A DNA stretch of 63,313 nt, filler included, from Dirinaria sp. TL-2023a (Eukaryota), in NCBI GenBank assembly GCA_051941275.1. It is 37 parts of 37 records of this genome, joined end to end, with 100 filler letters (N's around TTAATTAATTAA, not from the genome) between each part and the next. Parts side by side here need not be neighbours in the genome. Positions count along the whole stretch, not along the records: positions 10,438 to 12,067 come from JAVEBF010002606.1; positions 12,168 to 13,796 come from JAVEBF010002607.1; positions 13,897 to 15,525 come from JAVEBF010002608.1; positions 15,626 to 17,253 come from JAVEBF010002609.1; positions 17,354 to 18,981 come from JAVEBF010002610.1; positions 19,082 to 20,709 come from JAVEBF010002611.1; positions 20,810 to 22,437 come from JAVEBF010002612.1; positions 22,538 to 24,164 come from JAVEBF010002613.1; 29 more parts are not named here. One strand, given 5' to 3'. The notes beneath the pieces are model-generated. The model saw nothing but the letters and a program-made list of their open reading frames with translations. It ran no database searches and was not told the origin of the DNA. Each line of letters opens with the position of its first letter. Position 1 is the stretch's first letter. A program made the translations under genes and the position numbers. This document shows positions 10,976-24,118 of this stretch, one piece after another.

Positions 10976-13900
10976 GAGATTACTGCTTCTGGTATCGCGA
11001 TCCGAGGCTGGCGTGTCAACTAGTAAGGCATGTTACGTTAGACGGTCATCGCTATTATTTTTGTTTAAAGCTTTTCGAAGAAACGAGCATAGAGATAAGC
11101 GCAATGGCATTGAGGGAAGCAATATTCAAGATTCGTGAAATTACCGTCTGTAGAAGCTGTTTAAGTAAATTGTTTACTTAGTGCGGATTGGAAGATATAC
11201 AAGAATTTTATGAAGTGGTTCCTTGCATTGGATATCAGAAAGATCACGCCATACAATATTTGCAGTATTCCTCCCTTACATCCAAATAGAACCCCAGAGA
11301 CTGAATTAGATAGCTATTAGGGTACATCCAGGGTCTTTATCTTCCAATCACGTGCTTCTAGCTTAGTCACATCGATCTTAGGTTTCATGACCGAATCCTT
11401 CAAGAAGCCCATGATACATTGGCATAGTGACCTTTTTTCTCCTTGCTTGATGCGATCATGACTTCCGTCAATATCGCAGTGTAGTTGGCAAAGCTATTCA
11501 ACAGCGAAACTCCATTGGTCCAGCATCGGTAATGCAGAAAAGCGGTGCATACTTTACCTTTAGTACGGTTTACCTTTGCGGTAATGATTCCGCGTCCATA
11601 CTCATCAGCCCACGATACTCTGGGCGCGATAATGAGATGCGGCGAACTAAAAAGATGAAGATACCAAGTTTGACACATTTCGCTTTGCCGCGGACGGATT
11701 TGCAACTTGGTTGAGTACCTTATCAAATCCTGCTCTAATGCACTGAAACTAAAAGCCGATCAGGCAAGGATTCTAAGACTACTTAGACATGCGATAAAAC
11801 AAACAACCTATGAATGTTAACCCATCAACGCCTGAGTCGTGCTTCTTCATGTCTATGTGCATACACTACCAGAAACAATAGACGAAATAAGTGATACGAG
11901 TTCTCGGTGAGATCAATCACTGGAATCTGCTAATCGAACCTCCCTCATTATGCTGGACTCCAAAATGCCTTTGTTGCAGAACAAATAGCCTTCGTTACGA
12001 GGATGTCACATTGTTCGAGTAGAATGATCCAGCTGCTTTGTCTGCTACAAGACTCTACAAAGCAATANNNNNNNNNNNNNNNNNNNNNNNNNNNNNNNNN
12101 NNNNNNNNNNNTTAATTAATTAANNNNNNNNNNNNNNNNNNNNNNNNNNNNNNNNNNNNNNNNNNNNGACTTGTGCTTTCATGACTTGCAACCAACTAGA
12201 AAGAGGTACCTAAAGCGCAGATGAGAGTGCTCAAGTGCAGTTTAGGAGCCAAGTTCTTAAATGCAAACTTACTCCGTCCCGGGCTTTCGTCCAGGGTAGG
12301 AGCAGGATTTGCACACGGTTGACTTACAGACAGACACTATTCACACACATTCATACCCACAATAATCCGCTTTTCCCTCTGAGAGGGTCTCACGTACGAC
12401 GACTGAGCTTATCACGCAGCAGCCGGTTGTCATAAACATAAATATGATTGTGCTATGAGAGTTCAACCTAGATCATGTTCAATGAAAGTTTTAAATCTTT
12501 TTTCACTTTCACTGTAATTAAATTGATTGCTCAATTTAATTTGATTTAGTTTTACTGTCTCATATATATGGCATTTTAGATATCTGTAAGAGTTGCGATA
12601 ATTAGAACATCCGCTATATCGAAAATGACAAAGTCCCAGAAATCGTATTTCACTCAGAACTCAGCTGAGAGCTTCGCACTGGGGCAGAGTAACGGTATAG
12701 TGGCTTGCCGATATGCAATTCTTAAGATAAAATAGGTGTGGGTTTGCCAAACTTAGCGCTTCTATGCTACCTATTTAATACCCCCAAATTTATGAATAGA
12801 CCAGTTCCTTAACTACACGTTCTAGGAACGATTCAGAGAGAAGGCCTTCATTTCTGAGGCTTCTCCCTTGATCTCTAATCAGCCTACCATCCCTCCTTCA
12901 TGAAAAACTTGTGATAAGTCTGTTCAAGGTTTGTCAGGTTGGTAGATTGATTTTCTGGGATTAGATGGGCGCCTCTCATCCTTAACTCATCCAGAATACG
13001 ATCTTTCAAAGTCAAGGATCCCAGCTGCCCCAACTACTCCCATCGAGATTTTACTCTCATTAAGTAGGTTTCAGGATACCCAAACATCATTGAAGAGAGT
13101 TGTTGGTATCCTTAGTCCTTCTTAACAAGATTTGTTGATTATTCATATTTGCCTCAGGAAACATACATTTTAGCAATCCATCTTCATTTTAATTTTAATA
13201 GTTTTCCTATTAAAACTTAGCAATATCAATGGGGCTTCTTAGATTTAGGGGTTGTTGGGCTATGTTCTTTGTTAGGGGGTTCGTTACTATCATCTTATCT
13301 ACTGTGTTGTGGTGAGGCTTTAAGGTCCTATATGCCTCTATGTTCATATTTGCCGCCATTATGAGTATGTTTGCGAATTTTCAAATTTTGCCTAATTCAT
13401 CGACATTTGTTGATGATGATCATTACCACTATTTTCGCTTCTCCCTATGAAATAGGGTGGGCCTAGCTTGTCCGGACCTGTCTACTATTTTATACCTGCT
13501 AGAGTCATTGCTTAGAGATGCCCCATTATTCAGACCTTAGTATACCTTCATGCAATCGTGGTTCCACTATGTACCTGCTCAAGGTCTGCTCAAGCCCATC
13601 TTTGTGCATGATCTGTCATCTCTGACATTGAAGGTATTGACTCGTGTACTATGCGAAATGGAGTATCCTGAACATTCTGGGGCTATGTGTGTGATGTGGA
13701 GAATGCGACCTCCATGTGCATGTATGTTAGTCATTGAGGAGGTGCCACAGGGCTAAGGTCACTATTGGGGTAAGTGAGATGTCGACCATTTGCATTNNNN
13801 NNNNNNNNNNNNNNNNNNNNNNNNNNNNNNNNNNNNNNNNTTAATTAATTAANNNNNNNNNNNNNNNNNNNNNNNNNNNNNNNNNNNNNNNNNNNNGTAA

Positions 13901-16900
13901 TTGGCACACTGACGCCATCGCCTCAGCACAGTGTATTTACTACATCGTGTATTCTACTACGTAGATACCTGAGGAGCTGTCTGATTACCCAGGTTTACGT
14001 ATTTCAGTGCCTATTCTATTACAGCTTGTGGCCACAACAATAATTGCAACGATTGATTGTCAGCACAATAATACTGCACGCATTTAAACTACTCCTTCCA
14101 CCTTTTCCTGAATATTATCGTTCCCGATTTTGACCACCTTCCAAGTACGATTTCCTTCCGTAGATGTCTTCTGATTTCTTCCATCACGCTTGCCAGTATG
14201 ACAATCATATGCGTAAACACCAGATACCTATATGTATCTAATTTATGCCCATAAATAGATTTTCATTCCTTAGCGGCAATAGGGGTCACCCAAGTCAGAC
14301 TTTTCAACAGTCCAATACTGGTATTAGCTACTTTGCAAAGAGCAAGGCTATGATGATTTTACTATATATTTGTAAAATTGCAGAAGCAGCGGCACAGATT
14401 CTATTATTCTCCGCTTCAGTTCAGGCCCACACACCGCGCTTAGACGATCCTTTCACTCTTCGCTATTTCTGAACCATTTGTCATTATATCCCAATGATAG
14501 TGTTACCTCCTAGGCGATCGCGTGATACCAAGCCCTTTCCCTTTATTCAGCGAGCGTCATTTGACTTGGCCTGGGTAAGATATTTTGCTACTTGGGTATC
14601 TAGTAAGGAGCATGAAAAATGCATCTAAGAAGGAGCAACTGGTGCAGAATAAGTCTGGCAGACCACCTATTCCTATTCAAATGTACAGATCAGCTTGATG
14701 GATTTGGATGAGCTATTATCCGGGTCAAATTATACTTTTACTGTCTAAGCGTGCGAAGTCCGTCACTTCTCCTTCTGTAGTCAGTAACAACGATTGCCAC
14801 AATACACGGTCATGAATAAGGTACTACGAAAGTCTGCCTCGAAATGAGTCTCAGAGAACCAGGTACCCCTTCTTCAGCGAATAATTTCTGACGTTCCCAA
14901 ATCTCAGTCATTTGCAAACAGAAGCATCCTTAACTCTAGGTTTTTGGTCTTGGTTCTTGAGATGGCCTCCGCATACTTGGCGATTCCCATCGATAATGGC
15001 GAAGAGGAGGACGAAGAAAGGTTTGGAATAGTCTCCATGGTTAGCACTGCGGGCGATATTTCCATGCTTTTCCGAGTCTTAGATGACGACTTGCAATGAC
15101 AGCACTCCGTTGGCTGACGGAAACTGACGGAAGCTTGAGCGAGTCATACAACGTGGGGATCACCTTTTGTGGATTAGCTTTGCTCTTTGCCATGGACTCG
15201 ACACAGAAAACCAAGGAACTCAGGTCAAGATTCCAGAAGTCGTAGAAAGAACGGGATGCATTTGACTGCATCGACCTTGGCATCTATTCAGTAGTAGGTC
15301 TATCACACGACATGAATCGTAAGAGTCAGGAAAGGAAATATATCAGACCAGAATGAAGGCAAATAGCTAAAGCACTCTGGGACCGTGATAGTGTTACCTC
15401 TCTCCAGCGACAATTCAAAGGCAGAGCTTCGGTTCTCTTTTGACTCTAAAGGTACATAGGTAGCCAAGTACATAAGGTAGGTAAGGTAAGATACATAGAC
15501 GAATACACATTTCGCTAGGCTGCTANNNNNNNNNNNNNNNNNNNNNNNNNNNNNNNNNNNNNNNNNNNNTTAATTAATTAANNNNNNNNNNNNNNNNNNN
15601 NNNNNNNNNNNNNNNNNNNNNNNNNCTATCGCTGATCCAACTTATAGAGAACTGCAACGTCAGGGATCGCGGCCGAATATCAACTTTGGATCATATTGCA
15701 AAAGTAATAGTGCAGGCTATTACTCGATCACAGGAGCCTATATATATAGCTATCAGTAGCAGCAGACCAGTTGCAGTGGCAGTCACATATGACTCATTCA
15801 CTCTCGTTGACTAACTCAACAAAATCAGCTTCTATGTCGGGCGGGTGTTGGACCCGAGTTAAAATTCCTATTTTATTAATCTGGCTTCGATAAAGTCAAC
15901 AAATCAATGTTCAGCAGCGAAGAAAGTACCTAGCACATTTGGGTCCGAGCAACAGATAGCATCCAAATGTGCTGCACGGGAAGACGTAACAGCTTGAATC
16001 CGTTGTTATTCGAATATTCCTGTAGACAGCGAGGCAGAAGCACAAAAGAGGTAGATTTCACTCACGCTAATTTGTCCGTTGCAATAGCGCTGACATCATT
16101 CTATCGTTGGCACAATTGTTCGGTATGGCCCCAAGAGCTAGGATTGGGATGACCGATGCTATGAAGGTAGATAACCCAAATCGCAAGGGAAAGAGTAAGG
16201 TAGGCAGGTGCACTTCGAAGAACGAAGCTAGCCAGGTACAAGACTATTCGATTACAGACGCCAACAAGTGTGGGTGCGAGGTCACTGAGGCTCATACGGT
16301 GGAAGGATTTCAACCTTAAGGAACCAACTAAGATGCCGTGCTCTGGCTGTTCACCAGGTCTGCTACCGGCTGTAGAGCCGGTTCAGCCGTATTCCCACCG
16401 CAATTCTGTTCACAAAATGGTTCAAATTATGTCCGAGTCTGGTGATCCGGATTGGTATAAAAAGCTGGCACCGTTGGGATTAATTAGCTTTCGGTGCACG
16501 GACCGGACGGCAATTTTTTTCCCGGTCAGCAGACAAAATTGCCCGAATAGGTAATTTTGAGGCCTGTCTTTTAGTCTCCCAAAGTTAGAATCTCCCTGAT
16601 ATCCCTTTCGAGGCGATATTGGGTAGACCGAAGCGAGATTCGATCCTCCCGATTTTGCTGTCGACGCCAAATCGTTCATTAATAGCGTTTTGAGTTTTTT
16701 TTTTTTTTTTTTTTGCCCCTGAAAAAAATTCGGCGAATAAAAATTCTCGGCTCTCGAAGCTCAACAAATTCGTGCTCAACAATTTCCCTTATACCTACTT
16801 ATATAAGATCCACATCTTCGCCACTCGTGGATATAAAAGAAAGAAGAGTCCCCTCCATTTTCCTCCTCGCTAATCATTAAACCTTTCACCCATCCATTAC

Positions 16901-17041
16901 TTTTCCCATAACCCCAATCATCCAAACTCGATCCCCATATCCTTCGTACCAAGTCCCAAACCACCAACCATTATATCCACTTCCACCTCACCAAGTTAAC
17001 CCGAAAAAGAAGCCCGGCATCTACCATCACACCTCACAGCC

Positions 17042-17253
17042 ATGACCTCGACGCTCACGACCTTCTTCCTCGTTTTCTTTTTCGGCGTCTTCACTTTCTC
17101 GTCCCTGAGCACCGCGTTGCCGTCTCAACCACCACCACCCGCCTTAACAAATGCTACCACATCGCGATCCAACCTGTTTTTCAGCGGCCGGGGAGGCAAG
17201 ACCTCGCCTCACGAGCATGGTACCTTCCCTCCTTTTCCCCCTTCTTCTCCCCC
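17042..17253 (+). CDS. Putative secreted protein, N-terminus only
   Basis: GCCATG start, hydrophobic signal-like stretch FFLVFFFGVFTFSSLSTA-LP, TATATAA at about 16800 upstream. Confidence 0.5.
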
Positions 17254-17353
17254 NNNNNNNNNNNNNNNNNNNNNNNNNNNNNNNNNNNNNNNNNNNNTTA
17301 ATTAATTAANNNNNNNNNNNNNNNNNNNNNNNNNNNNNNNNNNNNNNNNNNNN

Positions 17354-18325
17354 GTAGAGTTGAAAACGAAAGATTGAATCGAAGATTGAACGAAAATGAA
17401 TGTGAAAAGTTGATCTTTTTTATTCGAGTCTCAGTTTTGATCGATGATCACTAATGTTTTTGATGAAAGCATTGACACGAACTGTGATCGAGACTGTTGA
17501 TTTTTGTGATTTTTCTTCGATGTTCGAGATCGAGAGCGATTTGACACGTTCTGTGAGAGATTTATTGAAGAGTCTTCGCTAGATATGTTGTAATATCGTT
17601 AGCAGATAAGAGACTTGAATTGAGATAGAAAACAAAAACGTAATAAAGAAAATGAGTGAGAAAGAAAAATGTGTAAAGAAAAAGAGACGTTCGAGTTTTT
17701 GTAATCAAAGAGAAGTATTGTTTCATAATAATGTTATTTCATTTGTTGTAACACGATTGATTCGAATAATACGACTGCGAGAACTTTAACGATTGTGTTT
17801 GAAAATGTCGTTAAGAATCGCGTTGTCTGATGCAAACGTCGACATGTCGTTCGCTGTTTTGATTAAATCGCGAGAGTGTTAAAATTTTTTGAAGCAGACT
17901 CACTATTTGTTCGTGTACTGAGTATCTCGAATCGCTTTTAGAGCAGACTCATTATGTTCAACTTTTTACGTTTTCGACGATAGACGAGTGAAGTCGTTTT
18001 TTCGTTGTATTATATTCAGAACTGCTTTTAAAATAGACTCACTGTTCGTTCGTTTACTCTATATCTCGAATTTTCTTTTTCGTGTGATCATCTTTTTTTA
18101 AAGTTTCTCAAACTCTTTCGTGTGACGATGTTTATTCGAAAATAGCTCTTTCGAAACTGATTTTTTCGAAGCTGTCGACTTACGCAGTAACGACATGAAG
18201 AAAAAATTTAAGCTCATTTGCAAGAGTTTACTGTGATATCTTAGCAATCTAACTCGAGAGATTGACGAAAAAATTTTCTTTAGAGTACAGTTCGTCGACT
18301 GATTCTGAAGAGATAGCTAGTATTA
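17354..18325. mobile_element. Heavily mutated repeat relic of unidentified family
   Basis: AT-rich, CC/GG essentially absent, TCGA/CG abundant; one minus frame reads as protein punctuated by TGA/TAA/TAG. Confidence 0.55.
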
Positions 18326-18487
18326 TGTCAGGAATCTAGACTGCATAAATAGATATGATATTGACGAGAATACTAGCTATGCAGAACTAAAATACATGAG
18401 GGCGAGATTTAAGTAGAAATCTCGTCCGCTAGCGCTCCCGAGGTTCCTCCGAGGGAGCTCCAACACTATCGCACTAAATCCGTGACA
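18326..18487. mobile_element. Probable short solo LTR (162 bp, TGTCA...TGACA)
   Basis: Terminal inverted pentamers and an abrupt return of CC/GG within depleted flanks; no TSD seen. Confidence 0.5.
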
Positions 18488-19081
18488 GCGAACAAAATCG
18501 CATGACAGTCAGACACGTGTTATTAACGTGTTTTACGTGAAAACAGAAAAAACTAAAGATGCAACGAAGAACGAATAATATTACAGATGTGAGAAAACTG
18601 CTCGATAGCGTCACTGATATCACAGCGACGATACGCATGATTTTATTCACTAATTTACTCAGTCAGTTTTAGACGACTGCTCGTTCTTCAGATTTTTAGA
18701 CTCAGAGTTCTCGCATGAAGGATTTTCTAGTATTATGAATAGAGAAAACTGCACGTAACAAGAAAAGAGTCGACGCAGCGCTGACGCGCCGCCGATATAA
18801 GTATATGAATCTCGCATAGACCTCTGATGGGTGTTGAATCGAGTAAGAAAAAAAAAATCTAAATAAATTTTGCGAGAAAATAAAAATTATTTTATTGCTC
18901 GTCAATTATGCGACATGTTTGCGATATATTAATTTTTGAGTCATAAATATTTGTAAAATTTTTTGATAAAATTAATATATCNNNNNNNNNNNNNNNNNNN
19001 NNNNNNNNNNNNNNNNNNNNNNNNNTTAATTAATTAANNNNNNNNNNNNNNNNNNNNNNNNNNNNNNNNNNNNNNNNNNNN

Positions 19082-20709
19082 ATCATTTATTCTCAGAAAC
19101 AGCACAGAAACATGCGTCGCGCAAAAAAATCGTGTCGAACGAGAATGAATTTAGAGAAACGTCGCAGAATATGCTCGTCTCATCGCGTTATAAGATATTG
19201 AAGCGCGATGAACTCAAACTCAAGAGCAAATCGAAGTCATTTCTCTTTTTATCAACTAGCAATCGAGCTACGCAAGACTCGATCAATACGACGAATCGTC
19301 TCGAGTCGTTAGAAGAGAAGATATCGAATATAACAATAATTGACGTCGCAAGCTTTGATTTTCTGACGCAACGAGCTCGCAAAAAGAAGAACGACACGCA
19401 ATTTTACTCTCTTACTATCGATCAGATTGACAATGAATTGAAGAGACGAGCATCTATAAAGACTACAAATGCTTCGAAGAATCTCGAGAAAGCTATCATA
19501 TTCACATTATCGATGAATGAGATAATAAAACGCATTTCTGAAGAATTTAGAGATCTCAAGAAGATGTTCAACTCTATCAAGACAAAGAAATTGTCATCTC
19601 ATCGATCTTACGATCATAAGATAAAGTTGAAGAGCAATGCAAGTCAATTGTCACGCAGTCGCGTGTACTCGATATCGAATATCAAACTTCAAAAGCTTAA
19701 GAAATATCTTGACGAGAATCTTCGAAAGGAATACATAACGTCTAGCTATGCTTCATATGCATCGTCGATATTATTCGCAGTCAAAGCAAATAAAAATCTA
19801 AAAGTGTGTGTTGATTATAGAAAACTGAACGTCATTACTCGACGCAATCGATATTCTATACCTCTTATCGAGAAAACCCTTGCTCGAGTTGTAGAAGGCA
19901 AATATCTCACAAAATTAGATGTTATTGCGGCCTTCAATAAGCTCCGCATGCATTCTAATAGTGAAGAGTTAACTATCTTTATTTGCTCATTAGGCGCATA
20001 CAAATATAGAGTGTTACCATTCGAATTAACTAACGGGTCGATCAACTATCAACACTATATGAACGACATTCTATGGGAGTTTCTCAACGATTTTGTCTCT
20101 GTTTACTTAGATGACATTCTCATCTATAGTAAGATCAGAAAGAAGCACGTGCAACATGTACGAGCAGTACTTAAGAAGCTTGATGATACAGGTCTTCAAA
20201 TCGATATTGAGAAGTGTCAATTCTTCGTGCAAGAAACTACCTTTCTGAGGGTAATTCTATCGACTGACGACCTTCGCATGAACTCTGTCAAGATGCAAGT
20301 AGTGACTGATTGAAAGACTCTCACACGTCTCAAAGAGCTACAGGCCTTCATAAGATTTTGTAATTTCTATCGGCGATTCATTAAGGGATTCTCGCGAGTG
20401 GTGAAGTCGATGATGAAGTTGATCAAAAAGAAAGTCTTCTTTTATTGAGATGAGATCTGCGAGCAGGCATTCAAGAAACTAAAATTCTGCATTACTTCTG
20501 CTTCAATACTCAGACATTTCGATCGCACACGCAAGACGATACTAGAGATCGACTCTTTCGATCATGTAAACGCAGAGATATTATCGCAGTACGATGACGA
20601 TGAAGTATTGCACTCGATAGTCTTCTACTCAAAGAATTTTCTATCGACTGAGTGCAATTATGAGATATATGACAAGAAACTACTCGTCATCGTCAAGTGT
20701 CTAGAACAC
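19082..20709 (+). mobile_element. Ty3/Gypsy pol fragment (RT and RNase H), mutated
   Basis: HRSYDHKIKL, VCVDYRKLN, TKLDVIAAFNKLRM, YRVLPFELTNG, VYLDDILIYS, then after a TGA at 20311 [32 protein letters not shown]. Confidence 0.95.
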
Positions 20710-21081
20710 NNNNNNNNNNNNNNNNNNNNNNNNNNNNNNNNNNNNNNNNNNNNTTAATTAATTAANNNNNNNNNNNNNNNNNNNNNNNNNNNNNNNNNNN
20801 NNNNNNNNNTTGAATTACAGTAGTGCCCAGGTCATGTACCTAAGATAGTATCGTTGGTTGCAAAAGTCTTGTTCGTTTCGGCAAAACGCCACTTTTTTAG
20901 TGCGCATCTCATCAAAAAATTGACTCGAATTGTTACGAGCATGTTCTCACTGTTATTACCCGGTTTATTTTCTACAAGGTTTTTGTGTGTGGTGTTGAGT
21001 TTTGACCTGATCGGGGTTAGCGCATCCGAGGTGGTCGGTCCGGGCGATCAGGGTCCATCATCACCACCAACACCAACACAT

Positions 21082-21539
21082 TGTCAAAGACCCAACCTTG
21101 GTTAGATAGGTTTCCCAATGGTAAAAGTCCCGGCAGCGCCAAAAGATTAACTAAACTAAGTCAAGGGACTTGGTGTCTATCTTACTACTTAGGTGTTTCA
21201 GGGTCGTAACACTATTCGAGTCTCTCTCTGAGCTTCGTCCCGAAGCTCAGCACTCAGGGTGTGGGTAGGAGGTTCGTCTTAAGTGGAAAGGTTAAGTAGT
21301 CGCCCCGAGCTTAGACAAGCTCTCAGTCACAAGTTCTCGCCGAAACAACTTTTCAAACGTTCGGGCGGAATCGAACTCAGAATTTTGCGATCGGGTTGAT
21401 TTGGTTTAATGTCAAAAACTCAGCCTTGGTTAGATAGATTTCTCAATGATAAAAGTCCCGGCAGCGTCAAAAGACTAACTAAATCAAGTCAAGGGACTTG
21501 ATGTCTATCTTATTACTTAGGTGTTCCAGGGTCGTAACA
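21082..21539 (-). mobile_element. Complete non-autonomous miniature LTR element (TRIM-like): two 130-bp LTRs, 198-bp non-coding interior, TSD CACAT
   Basis: Direct repeats 21082-21211 and 21410-21539, each TG..CA; CACAT at 21077-21081 and 21540-21544; purine-rich tract next to the minus-strand 3' LTR. Confidence 0.88.
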
Positions 21540-22021
21540 CACATTCATAAATACCTGCTTTCTATACTTAGATTTCTTTTCTTTCTTCATGCTTTGTGTA
21601 TTTAGTTGATAGCACCTGCATAGATCATATCTTCTGCACCGGTTCTGACACGAATCAGAAAAATCGTAGAACTCATAGATTATCGTCTGTAGATTTTTCA
21701 ATGATTTTAAATTAGACAAATTTGATATTTTTCATATGCGTTTTGTAATTTGAGATCGTTGTTGAATTCTTTTATCATTGTTGTTTTCATCTCGTCGTCG
21801 TCATGTCGAACAAAAATGAACGCGCGAGAGAAATTTTTCAAAAAATTTTTTATCGTCGTCGATGACGATAATATTTTTGACAAAAGTCTCAAATTGTATT
21901 AGAATCGATGCAGAGCAAGTTAATGCAGATGTAGTTAACTAAGATATTATTATTAAGGAAGATGTAAGATCGTATGCGTCGGTTACTCGTCGGCGCAGTA
22001 CTTATGCGAAAGACGTGACAG

Positions 22022-22375
22022 TGTAATAGATTATACGACTACCTGATACTGTAGTTTCTGCTAGAACTAATCACTAAGAACTCTTCTTCGAAAGAGTGAG
22101 TAATTCTCTATACTTAATCGCGAGCGTCAACATTGCCCCATCATGACGAGCCCCGCGCTGACGAGTCACGAGCGCTCGTAGACACAATGCTTTATAAGCG
22201 TCAACTGCTCACTAATTTCTAGTCAGTCTCGAGATTCAATCTTTCGACGCTGACTTCTAGACGGCGCTAACTATGCTTCAGACCCCGAAGAATTGCCTCT
22301 AAGCACCCTCGACTGTCAAGCGACGCTAGTCTGCATTGGTCAATATATATCAATATATTAGATATCACTGTTACA
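22022..22375. mobile_element. Solo LTR (354 bp, TGTAA...TTACA), family B
   Basis: Terminal inverted pentamers; first ~120 bp homologous to the reverse complement of 3498-3656; no clean TSD. Confidence 0.65.
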
Positions 22376-22757
22376 GAAGGAAAGAAGAAGAGAAGCTAGA
22401 TACAATAAGGGTCCTAGATATATACGCTAGCGGGTGTNNNNNNNNNNNNNNNNNNNNNNNNNNNNNNNNNNNNNNNNNNNNTTAATTAATTAANNNNNNN
22501 NNNNNNNNNNNNNNNNNNNNNNNNNNNNNNNNNNNNNGGAGGGATGGACGGATGGAGGGGATGGAAAAGAGGGGAATGAGTGCGCGAGTGAAGGTGCTGG
22601 CTTGCTGCCTTGCTCGTATGTAAATAAGGTGGAAAATATGGGTTTTTTTCTAGGTGAGAGAATCCGGAATTACTACTCCTTAAGCCTCTTGTACGAACGA
22701 AGAGCACGATGAGACAGATCTTAGATCCTACTGATGACCAACGTTCCCCCACACTGA

Positions 22758-22789
<32 letters not shown>

Positions 22790-23616
22790 TATACGCGCAA
22801 CATATCTCTACGCTGGAAAAAAAAAAAAAAAGAAAGATCAACAATGAAGATCTGGAAAATCTATATCTGAGCTTACCTAAAGTACAGAATGAGTTTATTC
22901 AAAGCCATTCCGGATACAAAATCTCCAGAATCCTGAAACGACGATTTCACGAAAAAAGAAAGGAAGAAAGAACAACCGACCGTTTTTTCGAATTTGAATT
23001 GGATTGAATTGGATTAAGAAATACATTTATGTGTATTCTAAGACCTCGACTGTCGTCACATTACTCTTCTTGGCTAACTTTTTAGTTTTCAGTTTCTAGG
23101 GTGGTAAGATACTTGATATCAAACATCTTTTCTTAAAGCTTCGAAATTAAATCTATTTGATCGATCTTCTTTGATTTGAACAGAAATGCGGATTTTCAAG
23201 TCAATGATGGTTTTATGAGATAATGATCGATTAACGATGGAAATGATTTATTACGAATCGTGTTACTTACTTTTAAATCGATAAAAACCGGGAACTTTTA
23301 AAACAACGCTCGAAAAATTCTAATCCGGAATAAAGTAGTGAGTCTTTTTTTTTTTTTAAAACCCGTCTACTACTACCCATCGATAGATAATAAGTAAGCA
23401 GTATTGATTCTGAACATAGAAAAGAGAAGGGATTTTAAGGTATCAAGATCCCCCCACCCTCATGCCCACACAGACGTCGAATCTACAACGCCCATCGTTA
23501 AATCGTGATTTTCGAAAAATGATGAAATGCGGTTCTGATAGGAATTTGGTGTGTGGAGGAGATAAGTAGTACCTTATATCTTAGATTCCGAGAGTGAGAA
23601 TTCAGGCACCTGCCTC

Positions 23617-24118
23617 ATTTGACGTGTGCATGTGTGTTGCGAAACCTTGGCATCTCAAAATTCTTTCTCTCCTCTACTTACATGCGCAGTCTACAAGCTA
23701 ACTTTTTTTTTAAAAGAAGTCCCACTGCCGTCACATCACGCTCGTTTAGTGTCTACAGTTCGATTTCATCTATCAAATAAATAGGTACCCTTCAATCTTT
23801 TGCTGTCTCAGAAGTCAATAATAATGTAGTCGCTCCGCTCTAGCGTCAGCGAAAGAACAGGATTTCAGCAAAATAACGTTTTTTCACGAAGTGACGATGA
23901 ACTAATTCGTCATGAAAGTGTCACTGTCAAATCGGCAAATCGTTAAGTGTTAAAAGACGTTAGAAAAAATGGTTTTCGCAATTTTAAATTCTGAAGCATC
24001 GAATTGAGAAGAAAGACATTGATAGACGACAGTGAGTATCTTAGTGATCAATGCGACATGTGAGCAGAAAAAAAAGATTGAATGTCAAAATTTCGCAACA
24101 CACATGCACACGCTAAAT
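23617..24118. mobile_element. MITE-like element (~500 bp) with long terminal inverted repeats
   Basis: Perfect 22-bp core CGTGTGCATGTGTGTTGCGAAA at 23623-23644 and its complement at 24091-24112; imperfect pairing extends further; no ORF. Confidence 0.75.

Noticed and set aside
21367..21379. B-box-like GAGTTCGATTCC (minus strand) in the TRIM interior; similar motif near 35770
   Set aside because: No convincing A-box spacing or cloverleaf, so not called as tRNA or SINE.
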